Below are positions 49,601 to 60,294 of a stretch of DNA of 64,000 bases, piece by piece. Under the pieces are notes generated by a model that was not told the origin of the DNA, did not search any database, and saw nothing but the letters and a program-made list of their open reading frames with translations. Numbering within the stretch: the first letter of the stretch is position 1; each line of letters begins with the position of its first letter. Position numbers and translations under genes: made by a program. Origin of the DNA: a virus; IMG/VR virus record IMGVR_UViG_3300042197_002243; one strand, given 5' to 3'.

Positions 49601-52600
49601 ATTTGATAAGGCATCTGCTGCTGAACCAGCAAATTTTAGATATAAGTTATCTGTTTTGTATGCATATAAGGTTCTTGGGAGTTTGTCAGTTAAACCAATA
49701 CCAGTAATAGTCGTTGTAGCAATTCCTATAGCATTGAAACTACTTGTATCTGAACCAGAATATTCATAGTAAATTTTTTCTCCAGTAACAAAAAAGTGTT
49801 CCGGAATTTGCAACCGATCATTAGTAAGATCAACAATATCTGTCGAAGATCCTTCAAAATATCTTTCAAAAATTGGTCTTTGATTGTGTGTTAATCCAAA
49901 ATTCTTCTTCGAAGAAATTTCAGTTCCTTCATAAGAACCATGGCCACTATTTACAGATGCATTATTCAATGATATTTGTCTGGGGGCATTATGGCTATGA
50001 GTGGAAGTTAGTGCTTGTTGAAATACTCTAACTTGTACTGTTATATTTGGTTCTGGTGTGAACTGTAATGCAGTATCGTCACCAATTTTTGTAACGGTAA
50101 AATCTCCGATAGATCCATCAGTATGAACATATCCAAATTCTGATACATATGCATTTGATTGATTTTTCAATACAACCAGTTCTGATATCTGATGCTGCAT
50201 ATCTGTTAAGTTTTCAACCACTGCAACATAATATGCTGCATCAAAATCATATGGGAATTTAGTAACTGTAACTGCTGTAGGAGAACCAGATGCTGCAATG
50301 CTTGTATATCCAGACCCCACAAAACTATCAAACATACTAGATGTTCCAACACCAACGGCCGTTGAATTTGCAATCGAAACTCTAACAGAATTTACAAAAT
50401 GATTTGTTGAAAGTCCTGCATATGGAATAAGATCAATATTTAATTGTGATCCAGATAGATATGCATTAAAAGTTCCTATTCCCGGAGTTCCAAATGATGA
50501 AAAACTGCCATTGTTCATCTGCCCATAATCCATGTACGATACATCAATATCATTATGGACTACACTAAGTTCATCAACTTCATAATACGAACCATCTTCT
50601 GCACCAATTACAATATAAATCTTCGATGCGCGATATGTTGATGCAATACCAACAACAGTAGTTGCGGTTGATGTTCCTGTAATAAGAGTTTTGGTTGATG
50701 AAGCAATACTTACAATATTTCCAAGACTTTGTTCACCAACAGAAGTTGTAAGATCGCTTACAGCAAGATCTGAGAATGAGATGTTGTAATTATTTTCTTC
50801 GTAATAATTTGGATAGAATTCTAAAACACCCTCAGATCCAAAAATACTAAAATCAAATGCTCCAAGATCATTGTCATTGTAAATTTTTCCATATTGATTT
50901 AAGTATCCATAATTATTATCGTGTAATAGAGAAACCAAAAGAATTTGATTTTGATCAGCATAAGCCAAATCATTGACAAAAGTTACATATTTCTTATATC
51001 TTGCATTTGTTAATGTAAAGACATCAATATTTGAATATTTTGTTGATCTTGGATTACTATTGAATTCTGGTGAAAGGTCATCAATCATTAAAACTCTGTT
51101 ACCAACAGATTCCAAATAATCTTGGAGAATTGTAGAATCAAAAACTATTTGATTTGAAGCATAATTTTGTCCAAGGACAATGTTATTTTCTCTGGCAAGA
51201 TCAAAGTCAGATTTGCAATGTAAATTGAGAGATGAGTCCAATTCGACAACAACGTTTGATTCACTTTCAAGAGTTGACCCTATACCTACACCATCTGGTA
51301 AAGATTTTACTTGAAGATCTGCAAATTTTTTAAATCCAACTGGATGATTTAATTCGTCAACACTACTATCCCAAGTTTCAAGTGGAATATTGGTTTTAAC
51401 AGAATATGAAAAATATTGATAATAGTCATTGTCATGAATTTTTTGAAGATCATTATTTAAAAATCCAGTTTCTTTCTGCCAACCTTTTTTCACAACTGAA
51501 GATGAATTGACATCATAAATGGAATTAAAGTTGAGTACTCTTACAATTTCAGCTTGAGTTTTGGAAGATTCTCCTACAACAATTTCGCCAGAATTAAAAT
51601 CTATGTTTGAAGAAACTTTTAATAATGAGTTTTTGTTATTCCATCTTATAACATCCCCAGATGATGATTGTGAATTTATAATCTCACCTTCTAAGAAATC
51701 ATTTGTTTTAAATTCTGGAGTAAAGATTGGGAGATCTTTCTCTGGTATTATTCTACCAGCAGAGTTAATTGGATCATAATTTCCTGGTATTTCTCCATTA
51801 TCCAATAGTTCAGAAATATTATATGAAACCGTTCCGCCTATTCCACCGATATTTGGATCCAAATTCACAATAGTGAAGAATTGATATCCATAATTTTCAG
51901 AGTTATAACCTTTCGCAGTCGATCCAATACCAACGCTAATATTTTCAATTAAAATTCTATCTCCAATTGCAAATGGATAAGCCTCGGGATCACTAAAACT
52001 AGAACCTAAAGTAACAACAACATCTTTAGATGCTGGTATATATCTTATGGTACTAATACCAACTCCATTTGTATTATTGACTGGACGGATAACAGATGTT
52101 TCTCTATCAAGATTGTAAACATTACTTAAAATAGTTACATTTTTATCATTAAGATTATATTTAAGATTTGCTTGAGAATTTACTTTTCCTGTTAATTGAT
52201 CGACTACAATTAAATCTGGAGCTACATTATAATTTCTTCCTACGGATGCGATCCCAATAGATTTGAATGAATACAAATCTTTTACCTGTAAAATTTGTGG
52301 AAGATTTGCAGTTGGTCTCAAACTTAAATCTGATGGATAATCAAATCCAATATCTTGTATTTCAACTTTATTAATTGATCCAATACTGGTTCCATAAGAA
52401 ACTAAAATTGCTCCAGTTCCAATACCACTACTTACATAGGAAATTTTGGGTAAAGTTCTGTATGATAATCCTTTAGAAATTAAATCAATTCCAACAATTG
52501 ATCCATAAACTTGGGTGGAATCTGTATTATAATTTAATTCTCCATCATTTTGAGTATAAAGAACATTTTCTGGATAATCAACAATAGAATATGTAAATTG

Positions 52601-55600
52601 AGTTCCACCTGCAGAAATTACTTCATAATTACCCGAATACAGACTGGTGATAACCCCAGATAAAACTGAAATATTTACATAATTTCCTGGTTGTAAATTA
52701 TGTGTGGATGCAGTAGATACAGTTACTCGATTTAATGTTGTTGTACCATCTAAAGTATTTTCATAGTTTGTTGTCAAACTGTGTGTATTTCCTAGACCAA
52801 TATTTGTAAAGTAAACTAAAGATGCTGTGGTAGCAATTCCAACAAAAGATCCTGTTGTTCCCAATCCAACTTTAACTGTAGAGATGCCAAGTAAATTATC
52901 ACCAAGACGTGCGGCATAAAGAATGCTATCATTTGCAAGTTGCCAACTATTTGTTCCATCTGTGGAAATGGAAATCGCGTTTCCGCCATTTGCATTATAA
53001 ACTAATTGAGTACCGGTTTCAATTTCATGTTTTGGTAACCATAATGATTGTGTGGGTATTGTAATTTGAGTCAGTCCTGCTCCTGGATTTGTAAACGATA
53101 AAGTATATCCAATTCCAGGGCCAGCGGTGGTTCCTAAACCAACCGATTCTTTGGGATCAAAATAAATTTGCTTATCTAACCTCAAACTATACGTCGAAGT
53201 TGAAATGCCAAAAGGTAATATAAACTTTCTTGGTTTTTCTGTAATTGCAATTCCAGCAGAAATTGTAGTTATTCCTTGAGTCTCATTATAACTACGTCTT
53301 ACTCTAATTCTAGATGAAAGTGTATCTACATTTAAAACTTTTATCTGCTCATCAAGAACCTGATATACATCATTTTCTTTAATTGTAACCAAATTACCCG
53401 ATACATTAAAGTAAGTTACCAGTCCGGTATATCCAGTTGATCCAATTCCCGTAGTTACTAAAAGTTCATTTGCAATCGTTGTAATCTTGCCACTCGTATT
53501 AATTCCAGAAGCTATGAATGAAATGGTTTCACGATTTAGGTAATTGTGTGGATTTGGAGAGTATCCAATAAAGTTTTTGGCATCCGCAATTGGTATCATT
53601 TGAACATTACTTAGTGTGGAAGTTGCTATTCCAACACTTGTTACTTGTTTTCCACCTACAATAGAGACCTTTGCAGAAATTCCAAAACCACCCGTAGTTT
53701 CATTATCAAATATAATTTTATCGCCTACTTGATAATTGGTTCCACCTGTAGTAATTCCAATAGAATCAATTCCTGCTTTTGTAGTCCCTTTAATCAGAGA
53801 CAATTGCTTTTTAATTTTGTTTGAATCTAAAACATAATCATAATAACTTCTAGATTTTGTAAAATGGTATGGGCGAGTATTTCTGCTCCAATTGGTGTTG
53901 TTAATATCAATTTCATCTTGGTTAGAACTCGCAAGATAGTTAAATTCTATTGGATTTGATTTATAAGTATTTCCTATCACGTATGGGAATACTGGTCTTC
54001 TAAATGAACGGAATATTCCAGTAGAATCATTTACTGAATTTATAGTGCAAAAATATGCATAAGTTCCATCAGGATACTCTGGGGTTGGACCAAATTTTCC
54101 ATTACATGCATCCAAGTCGCCCGTGTTTGTAAACTCATAATCTTCGACAAAAAATCCTAAGGGATATCTTAAAATGTTGGGTCTTACAGAACTAGAAACT
54201 TGAGTATATCCTGAGACCATTCTTTTTGTTGATCCGTTTGAATCAAATCCATATGGACCATATATTGGATTACCATCATAAGCCCAACCAATAATTGGAG
54301 AGTGTGATGATGAATCAATTTCAGATCCTCCAGATGTTCTTAAATCTGGAACATAAATTGGAGTTTCATCAACTAACTCTTTTGCTAATGTCGAAGATCT
54401 TAATCCTCTAGAAGCATATGCGTGACCATATTGCAATCCATAATTTTCATTTTTGGATTTTAATAAAATGCCATCATCATTATTGATCTGATTGAAATAT
54501 AATAATCTTTCTACTTCATTTATTCTCCAAGATTTTATTTGTGCTTCGAATTGAGCACCCGATCCAGCCGCAATTACATCAATATTTGTTCCTTCAGAAT
54601 ACCCAGATCCTTCAAAAATTACCTTTACATCTATTAATTGTCCGTTTTCTACAACTGGTGTTAATACAGCACCAGATCCTGTTAAAGTATTGATGACTAG
54701 ATTTGGTGGGCAATTATAATCATTTCCCGGTTTTGTAACAAAAACTTGTTTAATTTTACCGCCAGAAATTACGGGTATTACTTCTGCTCCAGATCCACTG
54801 TTTAGAGAAAATATTGGTTGTCTGCTATAATTTACTATCTCTTCACTTCCATACTGAACTCCAGAAGAAGTAAGAGAAACTGAAGTAATACTTCCTCTAA
54901 AAATTGGATTTAGAATAGCGTCAAAACTTTGACCCGATAAAGTTGATATGCCAATCCGACTTCTAATTGTAAGTTGAATTGTAGATGCACTACTTACATA
55001 ACCACTACCACCATCAATGACTGAAATTGATCCAATTTTTTTCTTTTTGGCAGTTGAAGATAATTTGTGATTTCCACTTCCAAATGATGTCAAATCTACA
55101 GTGTTGATTCCCACTGCAGAATCTGTAAATGTTTTATGGAGTTTGACTGTAAAACCATCTTGAACGGAAACATAATATTTTGCACCCGTTGTAAGACCAC
55201 CAACATTTGTCCCACCTTGAGTATCATAAATTACTTCTTCAGAGTCTCTAAACTTATGATAGGATGAAAATCCAATCGTATTATTGGTTGTATTGACCTG
55301 CAATGCCCCTGCAGAAGAGTTGAAGGGTGATGAGTGGTCGAACTCGATTAAATTGGGTTTTACTAAAGCTCCAGATCCTCCGCCACCAGTAATCGTAATA
55401 ATAGGATCTTCGAGATAATCAAACCCAGGATCGATAATGTCTACACGAACCAATGATCCTGTTACTGTGCAGATGCCAGTAGCACCAAATCCAATTGCAT
55501 CGGAAATATGAAGGGATGGTGGATTTATAACATCATAGTCACTTCCAAATGCAGTTGGAACTACTTGTTGTAATGGACCGTAAAAAATAATATCCGAGGT

Positions 55601-57739
55601 TTTATAATTGATTAGTTCAACACCATTGATAAACATTCCCGTTGTTCCAACTGGAGTCTCATATAAAGACCCATTACTTTCGGGTGGAGCTATTTTGCGA
55701 ATTAATTTTTGTGGTTCTACTTGCTTAGCATTTAAAATATCATCACTAAATTCATAAAGAAAGAAAGTATTATTGGATACCATTCCATTTACTGAAATAT
55801 AATTTTCAGTAAAAATATTTTCTCTACTTCTAGCAACACTTATTGTTGTATTATTAACTCTTTTTACAAAATATATTCCCGGAAACAAATCAAGTTTGTT
55901 ATTATCATCTGTTGGATTATAAACAATTGCATCGCCAGTTAAAAATCCATGAGTTCCAATTACAAGTTCAGATCCAGAGAAATTACCAGAGAAAGTAATG
56001 GATCTATCATTAATTGATAATGGACGATTGTAATATGATGGAAGAGAATTTGCTGCAACATAAAGAGTATCTTCTAAATCAGTATATACATTTTGGATAT
56101 TGGTCGTATATTTTGCCAGACTTGGATAGTTTGTGGTTGATACTTTAGAGATATTTTTTCTTACAGTATAAAAAACATTTGTATCCAACTGACCTTGGCC
56201 AGTTATATTAAATGATAACTTATTATCAAAACCAGAAATATTTGAAGTGTATGTTGAGTCTATATTTTCTGGTATAATTTCGCCATAAAATTCTCTATCA
56301 TTTGATGAAATTAATGTGATTGAATCGCCAATTATAAAATCATGCTCATCAAATAAATTAACTCGATATGTATAAGTTGAAACATCTACAAGCTGCAATG
56401 ACTTTACATCATATCTTACAGATACGTTAAAGAACCAATTGTTAGCCTTTGCAGAATTTAAGTTTGATCCGAGACTTTCAATTTCTATTCTTTCACCCTT
56501 TTCATAATAATAAGTTTTATCGAGAATTTTGAGATCTGATAATACTCCAGTTACTCTAACTTTTATTACAGTATTTGTAGAAATGCCAACATATCCATAT
56601 GCATAAGAATCCAAAACAATCTCTTCTTGAGATGCGATTTCGGATGTTACATTAGAACATCCCAAAAATTGGTTTAATGTTTTTTCTTCATAATCTACAG
56701 AAAACTCAGTATCAGTTGATTGATTTATAATTAATGTTCCTGATTGTGGAAATCCAACAGTAGAATCCACTTCAAGAGTAGTAACACCAATTCCTGCTGT
56801 CGTTACTACTCTTGTTTTTGGATGAATTGAAAATGTTCCAAATTCTTGGAAGTCTTTATCTTGATCTTGGTCAAGACTGATTATGAAATACTCTTTTTGC
56901 CCTCTAAGTATTCTTTCTACTTTTGAAACAGTTCCTTTTGCGGGTTCAAAAAAACCATCATCTTGATATAACGTAGATCCAACGAGATCTGATGGATCTC
57001 CCTGTATTGCCTCAACAACTAAATCTTTGGTAATATAATATTGAGCATCAGATGGTTGAATTAAATAATCGCTAGGTTTAATAATAGAAGCTTCTATATC
57101 ACCATATAATGCATAGAATAAAATCTTAAATGAATTGTCAGTTCCTTTAGATGAGTAAAAATCTTTTGCTTGCTTAACAAATAAAGACTCATTGATTTGA
57201 GAATATAATTCCCTAGAATCAAACCCAGGAGATACTTGCTTTTTAACTTTTAATAAAAATTCTTTAAGGAAAAGAACACTTAAATTGGTTACTGTCGCAC
57301 CACTTGAATGTTCATCAACATCAGAATCTTTAAATACAAGTTCATCAATTCTAGAAGCTTCTTGGTATGATGTTGTCCCAACAAATCCTCTTTTACAATT
57401 TACAAATGAAGTTGAAGTTTTAGATTCGTATGTGATGATTTCATTATCAATTAAAATCAATCCATACGAATTGGGAAATCCACTTGTTGATACTACATTA
57501 ATTGTGGTATCATAAAATTCCACAAAAGAAGACAGAGTTGTTGATTCGGTTAAATTTGTAAGATTATCAATCTTCACATATTGATCGATATTTTGTAAAA
57601 TATCTGATGGACCACTTTGAAAATCTAAAGATTTATAATATTGAGATAAAAATTCGACAAGAAGAGGAAATTCTTCTCTAACATAAGATGGAACTTGGTT
57701 TTCAACAACTAAACTCGTCTTTACTCTGAATTCTGACAT
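46694..57739 (-). CDS. g7: giant baseplate wedge initiator gp7
   Basis: 3681 aa between g6 and g8; FLSQYY, KDFYSSKGT, YYQYFSYSVK and HPVGFK motifs; internal YHYH-like domain. Confidence 0.88.
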   Translation of the reverse strand: MSEFRVKTSLVVENQVPSYVREEFPLLVEFLSQYYKSLDFQSGPSDILQNIDQYVKIDNLTNLTESTTLSSFVEFYDTTINVVSTSGFPNSYGLILIDNEIITYESKTSTSFVNCKRGFVGTTSYQEASRIDELVFKDSDVDEHSSGATVTNLSVLFLKEFLLKVKKQVSPGFDSRELYSQINESLFVKQAKDFYSSKGTDNSFKILFYALYGDIEASIIKPSDYLIQPSDAQYYITKDLVVEAIQGDPSDLVGSTLYQDDGFFEPAKGTVSKVERILRGQKEYFIISLDQDQDKDFQEFGTFSIHPKTRVVTTAGIGVTTLEVDSTVGFPQSGTLIINQSTDTEFSVDYEEKTLNQFLGCSNVTSEIASQEEIVLDSYAYGYVGISTNTVIKVRVTGVLSDLKILDKTYYYEKGERIEIESLGSNLNSAKANNWFFNVSVRYDVKSLQLVDVSTYTYRVNLFDEHDFIIGDSITLISSNDREFYGEIIPENIDSTYTSNISGFDNKLSFNITGQGQLDTNVFYTVRKNISKVSTTNYPSLAKYTTNIQNVYTDLEDTLYVAANSLPSYYNRPLSINDRSITFSGNFSGSELVIGTHGFLTGDAIVYNPTDDNNKLDLFPGIYFVKRVNNTTISVARSRENIFTENYISVNGMVSNNTFFLYEFSDDILNAKQVEPQKLIRKIAPPESNGSLYETPVGTTGMFINGVELINYKTSDIIFYGPLQQVVPTAFGSDYDVINPPSLHISDAIGFGATGICTVTGSLVRVDIIDPGFDYLEDPIITITGGGGSGALVKPNLIEFDHSSPFNSSAGALQVNTTNNTIGFSSYHKFRDSEEVIYDTQGGTNVGGLTTGAKYYVSVQDGFTVKLHKTFTDSAVGINTVDLTSFGSGNHKLSSTAKKKKIGSISVIDGGSGYVSSASTIQLTIRSRIGISTLSGQSFDAILNPIFRGSITSVSLTSSGVQYGSEEIVNYSRQPIFSLNSGSGAEVIPVISGGKIKQVFVTKPGNDYNCPPNLVINTLTGSGAVLTPVVENGQLIDVKVIFEGSGYSEGTNIDVIAAGSGAQFEAQIKSWRINEVERLLYFNQINNDDGILLKSKNENYGLQYGHAYASRGLRSSTLAKELVDETPIYVPDLRTSGGSEIDSSSHSPIIGWAYDGNPIYGPYGFDSNGSTKRMVSGYTQVSSSVRPNILRYPLGFFVEDYEFTNTGDLDACNGKFGPTPEYPDGTYAYFCTINSVNDSTGIFRSFRRPVFPYVIGNTYKSNPIEFNYLASSNQDEIDINNTNWSRNTRPYHFTKSRSYYDYVLDSNKIKKQLSLIKGTTKAGIDSIGITTGGTNYQVGDKIIFDNETTGGFGISAKVSIVGGKQVTSVGIATSTLSNVQMIPIADAKNFIGYSPNPHNYLNRETISFIASGINTSGKITTIANELLVTTGIGSTGYTGLVTYFNVSGNLVTIKENDVYQVLDEQIKVLNVDTLSSRIRVRRSYNETQGITTISAGIAITEKPRKFILPFGISTSTYSLRLDKQIYFDPKESVGLGTTAGPGIGYTLSFTNPGAGLTQITIPTQSLWLPKHEIETGTQLVYNANGGNAISISTDGTNSWQLANDSILYAARLGDNLLGISTVKVGLGTTGSFVGIATTASLVYFTNIGLGNTHSLTTNYENTLDGTTTLNRVTVSTASTHNLQPGNYVNISVLSGVITSLYSGNYEVISAGGTQFTYSIVDYPENVLYTQNDGELNYNTDSTQVYGSIVGIDLISKGLSYRTLPKISYVSSGIGTGAILVSYGTSIGSINKVEIQDIGFDYPSDLSLRPTANLPQILQVKDLYSFKSIGIASVGRNYNVAPDLIVVDQLTGKVNSQANLKYNLNDKNVTILSNVYNLDRETSVIRPVNNTNGVGISTIRYIPASKDVVVTLGSSFSDPEAYPFAIGDRILIENISVGIGSTAKGYNSENYGYQFFTIVNLDPNIGGIGGTVSYNISELLDNGEIPGNYDPINSAGRIIPEKDLPIFTPEFKTNDFLEGEIINSQSSSGDVIRWNNKNSLLKVSSNIDFNSGEIVVGESSKTQAEIVRVLNFNSIYDVNSSSVVKKGWQKETGFLNNDLQKIHDNDYYQYFSYSVKTNIPLETWDSSVDELNHPVGFKKFADLQVKSLPDGVGIGSTLESESNVVVELDSSLNLHCKSDFDLARENNIVLGQNYASNQIVFDSTILQDYLESVGNRVLMIDDLSPEFNSNPRSTKYSNIDVFTLTNARYKKYVTFVNDLAYADQNQILLVSLLHDNNYGYLNQYGKIYNDNDLGAFDFSIFGSEGVLEFYPNYYEENNYNISFSDLAVSDLTTSVGEQSLGNIVSIASSTKTLITGTSTATTVVGIASTYRASKIYIVIGAEDGSYYEVDELSVVHNDIDVSYMDYGQMNNGSFSSFGTPGIGTFNAYLSGSQLNIDLIPYAGLSTNHFVNSVRVSIANSTAVGVGTSSMFDSFVGSGYTSIAASGSPTAVTVTKFPYDFDAAYYVAVVENLTDMQHQISELVVLKNQSNAYVSEFGYVHTDGSIGDFTVTKIGDDTALQFTPEPNITVQVRVFQQALTSTHSHNAPRQISLNNASVNSGHGSYEGTEISSKKNFGLTHNQRPIFERYFEGSSTDIVDLTNDRLQIPEHFFVTGEKIYYEYSGSDTSSFNAIGIATTTITGIGLTDKLPRTLYAYKTDNLYLKFAGSAADALSNPPKFLDITSVGIGTSHIVKGSNQNSRALITIDNVVQSPIVGTSVTTTVGTYVEAITNIVTLSGITSIFSGDLIKIDNEIMRLDTLGYGATNVAIVQRGWLGTGIATHQVGTLVTKLSGNYNIDANTIYFANSPWGQIPFTNPSTRPDEQDYVGLITGSTFNGRVFLKSGDVNSSTDAYFYNKIFDDISGSFTGVNTSFILKSGGSNITGISTSNAIILINQIFQQPSRNTLPINIPGNYSLSESSGITTISFVGNASQSYDINASGLPRKGILVSVGSTGGFGFQPLVSAGGTAVVSIAGTIQSISIGNSGSGYRSGLQTVRVGVGTSSTRTPNIEFIGTATVQNGNLVSVAITNPGTGYTSSNPPVVFFDSPLSYSNVPLIYSSSSISGIGSGAEIDIVVGQGSSVINFEIRNTGYGYGQGEILTVAIGGTVGIPTNTGLTYKEFQIGVDRTHTDSFAGWSLGDLQVLDSFDSLFDGERKTFPIKINDVLTSIRTKPGSNIDIQATLLVFINDILQVPGAGYIFRGGNLITFPEPPKSGDTSKILFYRGNGNVDVVLVDVLEPIEVGDNLQLIDDSIFLTQDERLVTDIPASDYVFTNTYFNPGLTFGETYTRPVTLCYQTEDRIIDGLEVGKTRVLYEPFVQPTTNIINSLGITSSVVFVESAKTFFDAQKENTIGNINYKKIIITSQDAVAGAAATAVVSSAGTITSFVISDGGYGYTSAPDVIVSNPVGLGSTYRASGSATITNGVVTSIGVSAIGYGYTSTNPPLVLIQSPKVTKEEMSNVTFEGDFGIITGIKTTSVSVATTGLVFDFFIPQNSYLRDLTINTVGIATTGISGIQTGYYFVVKNSNVGSGVTAKDENDDTVGIGTTCLDNIYKAVAVSIGQTAVPGIGLTYVAQVTVSLTSYNGLTGLGFSSFYGEYTWGRLSTLNRTSLKSFTNYKNGLAGVSSSPIVQRLLPLKYRDYTT

Positions 57740-57740
57740 A

Positions 57741-59654
57741 TTACAATCTGATTAAATTCCCGTTAGTGTAACTTGAGGTTACTGTGTACGTTGATCCAGA
57801 AATATTTGCTCCAGATGATATATCATCCGTTTGCATATTTAATACACTGTTATTAATATCTAGTTGCAAATAAAGATCCTCTTTTCCAATTACATCATTT
57901 GAATTTGGAGATGTAGAAATTTCAATGATTCTAACGCCATCTTTTGTTTTTGCCGCATTCGTTATTTTGATTGGATACAATCTAACTTCACCTCGTTCAT
58001 AATCAATGGTTCCAACATTGTTTCTAACAACTACTGGTTCAGTTGGTGAATTTAATTTAAATAAGAACAGAGCTCCTGTTTTTTGATCTGCATTTGGCAA
58101 ATCTGAAATATAAACGGTATCAACAATACCATCAACATTAAATCCTGAAGTTTTAATATTATATCCACTCTTGGTATTCTTGAGATGGAATCCATTTCCA
58201 AAACAAAGTTCATAATCTGCGAGTATATTTACTTTTGCCTGCAGATTGCGACGAATAATAATTTTTGTGATATTTGATGTGATTGCCACATGACTATCAT
58301 CAATAATTTTTTGAAATTTGCTATATTTAAATCTAGCGCCATACTTATTCAGTTCAATTGAATCAGAATATGCAGATATATTTTTTTGAATAAGTGACTG
58401 TAATGATCCAGCACCAGGAGATAAGTTTGCATTATAGTATGCAACAGAATCATATTCAACATACAGATATTTGAGGTCAATAATTTCGGGAACAATTCCA
58501 GCTACGGTATATTTTCTCAATTCTGTTTTGATTGTATCTTTAACTATATCGGAAACAATATCTCCATTGTATGGTTTGATTGAAATGAAGACTTTTCCAT
58601 ATCTTGGTGGACTTAAAGTTTCTCCACCAAATACCGAGATTGATTCAGTTTCTGGAAAAATCTTTGGAACTATTGCTTCATAATCAGCAGCAGTTACTGC
58701 GCGGTTTTGGGATGCATAAATCCTTGGTGCATACTTTTTAATTGAATCTACAGACTCAATTTCTTGTCCATTGTTGGATGCAACATCAGTTGTAACCGCT
58801 GATATTGATTCAACAATAACGGTGCCGTTATTATCTAAAATTCTTCCAGAATATGTAAAGTCTGGTACTCCATTACCAAACTTTCCATTCGTGGTAATAT
58901 ACGAAACTTCAATATAGTTGAGATTGTCTAATTTAACACCAAATACACCATCTCCAAAAATCAATTCGTATCGTTGATCTTCAATTTCTTGAATAAAGAA
59001 GACCTTAGATTCTGGACCGATACCGATTAAATTGTCGGAGAGTGTAAACTTTCTTGTAACCGTGCTATTTTCGGTATTTCTAACCGTTACACGAATTGAA
59101 GTTGTGTCAATATTTGGATTTGTCAGAATAAATTTCTGATTCGGATTATTTGCATCTACCGTAAACGTCTGAGTAAGATATGTTCCCTCATAGACCAAAA
59201 TCGCATCAAATGTTGCAATATTGTTTACGACTGGCTTTGTGATTGAGTCGAGAATACTGAATGTATAACTTGTTCCTTCATAAGAAGAAGAACTTGTACA
59301 TACAAGACCACTCTGAAGCGTCAATGTGAGTGGTGGTATAGGTGCTGAGGTTGTGTCAACATAAAATGAAACTGTTGCAACAGCAGATCTTCTTGACTTT
59401 GGTACATATCCAATGGCTCTTGCGAGAGAAACGATATTTTCTCTTAAAGTTGCAGAATCAATAAAAACTTCGTTGCTAACCATGTTAGCATTGTACGAAG
59501 TAATGTAAGTATTATAAGCAAGTGTATCAATTATCGTCGATAAATTAGAACCTTCGAAATCATAGTCAGTAAAATTCGAGTTCGCTCTCAAATATTCCTT
59601 GAGGGAACTCTTAATTTGATCAAAATCGAGATTGCTAAAGTTTACTAGTGCCAT
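57741..59654 (-). CDS. g6: baseplate wedge gp6
   Basis: LDFDQIK, FTDYDFEGS, QNRAVTAADY, YGKVFISIKP. Confidence 0.96.
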   Translation of the reverse strand: MALVNFSNLDFDQIKSSLKEYLRANSNFTDYDFEGSNLSTIIDTLAYNTYITSYNANMVSNEVFIDSATLRENIVSLARAIGYVPKSRRSAVATVSFYVDTTSAPIPPLTLTLQSGLVCTSSSSYEGTSYTFSILDSITKPVVNNIATFDAILVYEGTYLTQTFTVDANNPNQKFILTNPNIDTTSIRVTVRNTENSTVTRKFTLSDNLIGIGPESKVFFIQEIEDQRYELIFGDGVFGVKLDNLNYIEVSYITTNGKFGNGVPDFTYSGRILDNNGTVIVESISAVTTDVASNNGQEIESVDSIKKYAPRIYASQNRAVTAADYEAIVPKIFPETESISVFGGETLSPPRYGKVFISIKPYNGDIVSDIVKDTIKTELRKYTVAGIVPEIIDLKYLYVEYDSVAYYNANLSPGAGSLQSLIQKNISAYSDSIELNKYGARFKYSKFQKIIDDSHVAITSNITKIIIRRNLQAKVNILADYELCFGNGFHLKNTKSGYNIKTSGFNVDGIVDTVYISDLPNADQKTGALFLFKLNSPTEPVVVRNNVGTIDYERGEVRLYPIKITNAAKTKDGVRIIEISTSPNSNDVIGKEDLYLQLDINNSVLNMQTDDISSGANISGSTYTVTSSYTNGNLIRL

Positions 59655-60056
59655 TTATCGTGTCTGTTGTAAGGCAAATGTCAGTTGTTGAGGTAAAACA
59701 TCAATTCCAATGATTTCATATGTAATTGTAACGTCAAAACTGTTGTTATCGAAGTCTGGTCTCACCTTAACATCACGTAAATTCACTCTTGGTTCATAAT
59801 TATTGATTGTATTTTCAATTTCACTCTGAATAATTGATGCAGAAACGTTATCAATGTTCTCAAAAACTGATTTTGAGACATTTGAACCCAAATTTTCGTT
59901 AAAAAAACGCTCTCCAGGCGAGGTAAGAACTAAATTGCGAATTGAACGAGCAATTGCATTTTCATTTTTAAGCGAAATAAGGTCGTAATTAAGTGAGCTC
60001 ACCAAAAATGAACCACTTACGTCCTTAAAACCCTTACTTACCCTTTCTAAAGGCAT
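59655..60056 (-). CDS. g25: baseplate protein gp25
   Basis: SIRNLVLT.PGERFF and NYEPRV; late promoter AATAAATA at 60078-60085. Confidence 0.95.
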   Translation of the reverse strand: MPLERVSKGFKDVSGSFLVSSLNYDLISLKNENAIARSIRNLVLTSPGERFFNENLGSNVSKSVFENIDNVSASIIQSEIENTINNYEPRVNLRDVKVRPDFDNNSFDVTITYEIIGIDVLPQQLTFALQQTR

Positions 60057-60099
60057 GAAAATAGAATAAATCTAACTTATTTATTCGCAATTTTGAAGG

Positions 60100-60294
60100 T
60101 TATTCGTGCCATCTTTCGACAAAATCGTCAAAACCACCAGCGCCGCCACATGGTCTTGAGTAACGATCACTTGGAACTTCGTATTTTTGAGTTTTTTTCT
60201 GTTTTTGAAGGTGTTTTTCGGAAGAAATTTGAGTAATTAGCGTCATTCCTGACTCAATAAATTCACTTCCCTTGTCAGTTGGATGAATTGCCAT
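60100..60294 (-). CDS. small hypothetical protein
   Basis: 64 aa with a GGAG SD that lies inside a hairpin. Confidence 0.65.
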   Translation of the reverse strand: MAIHPTDKGSEFIESGMTLITQISSEKHLQKQKKTQKYEVPSDRYSRPCGGAGGFDDFVERWHE

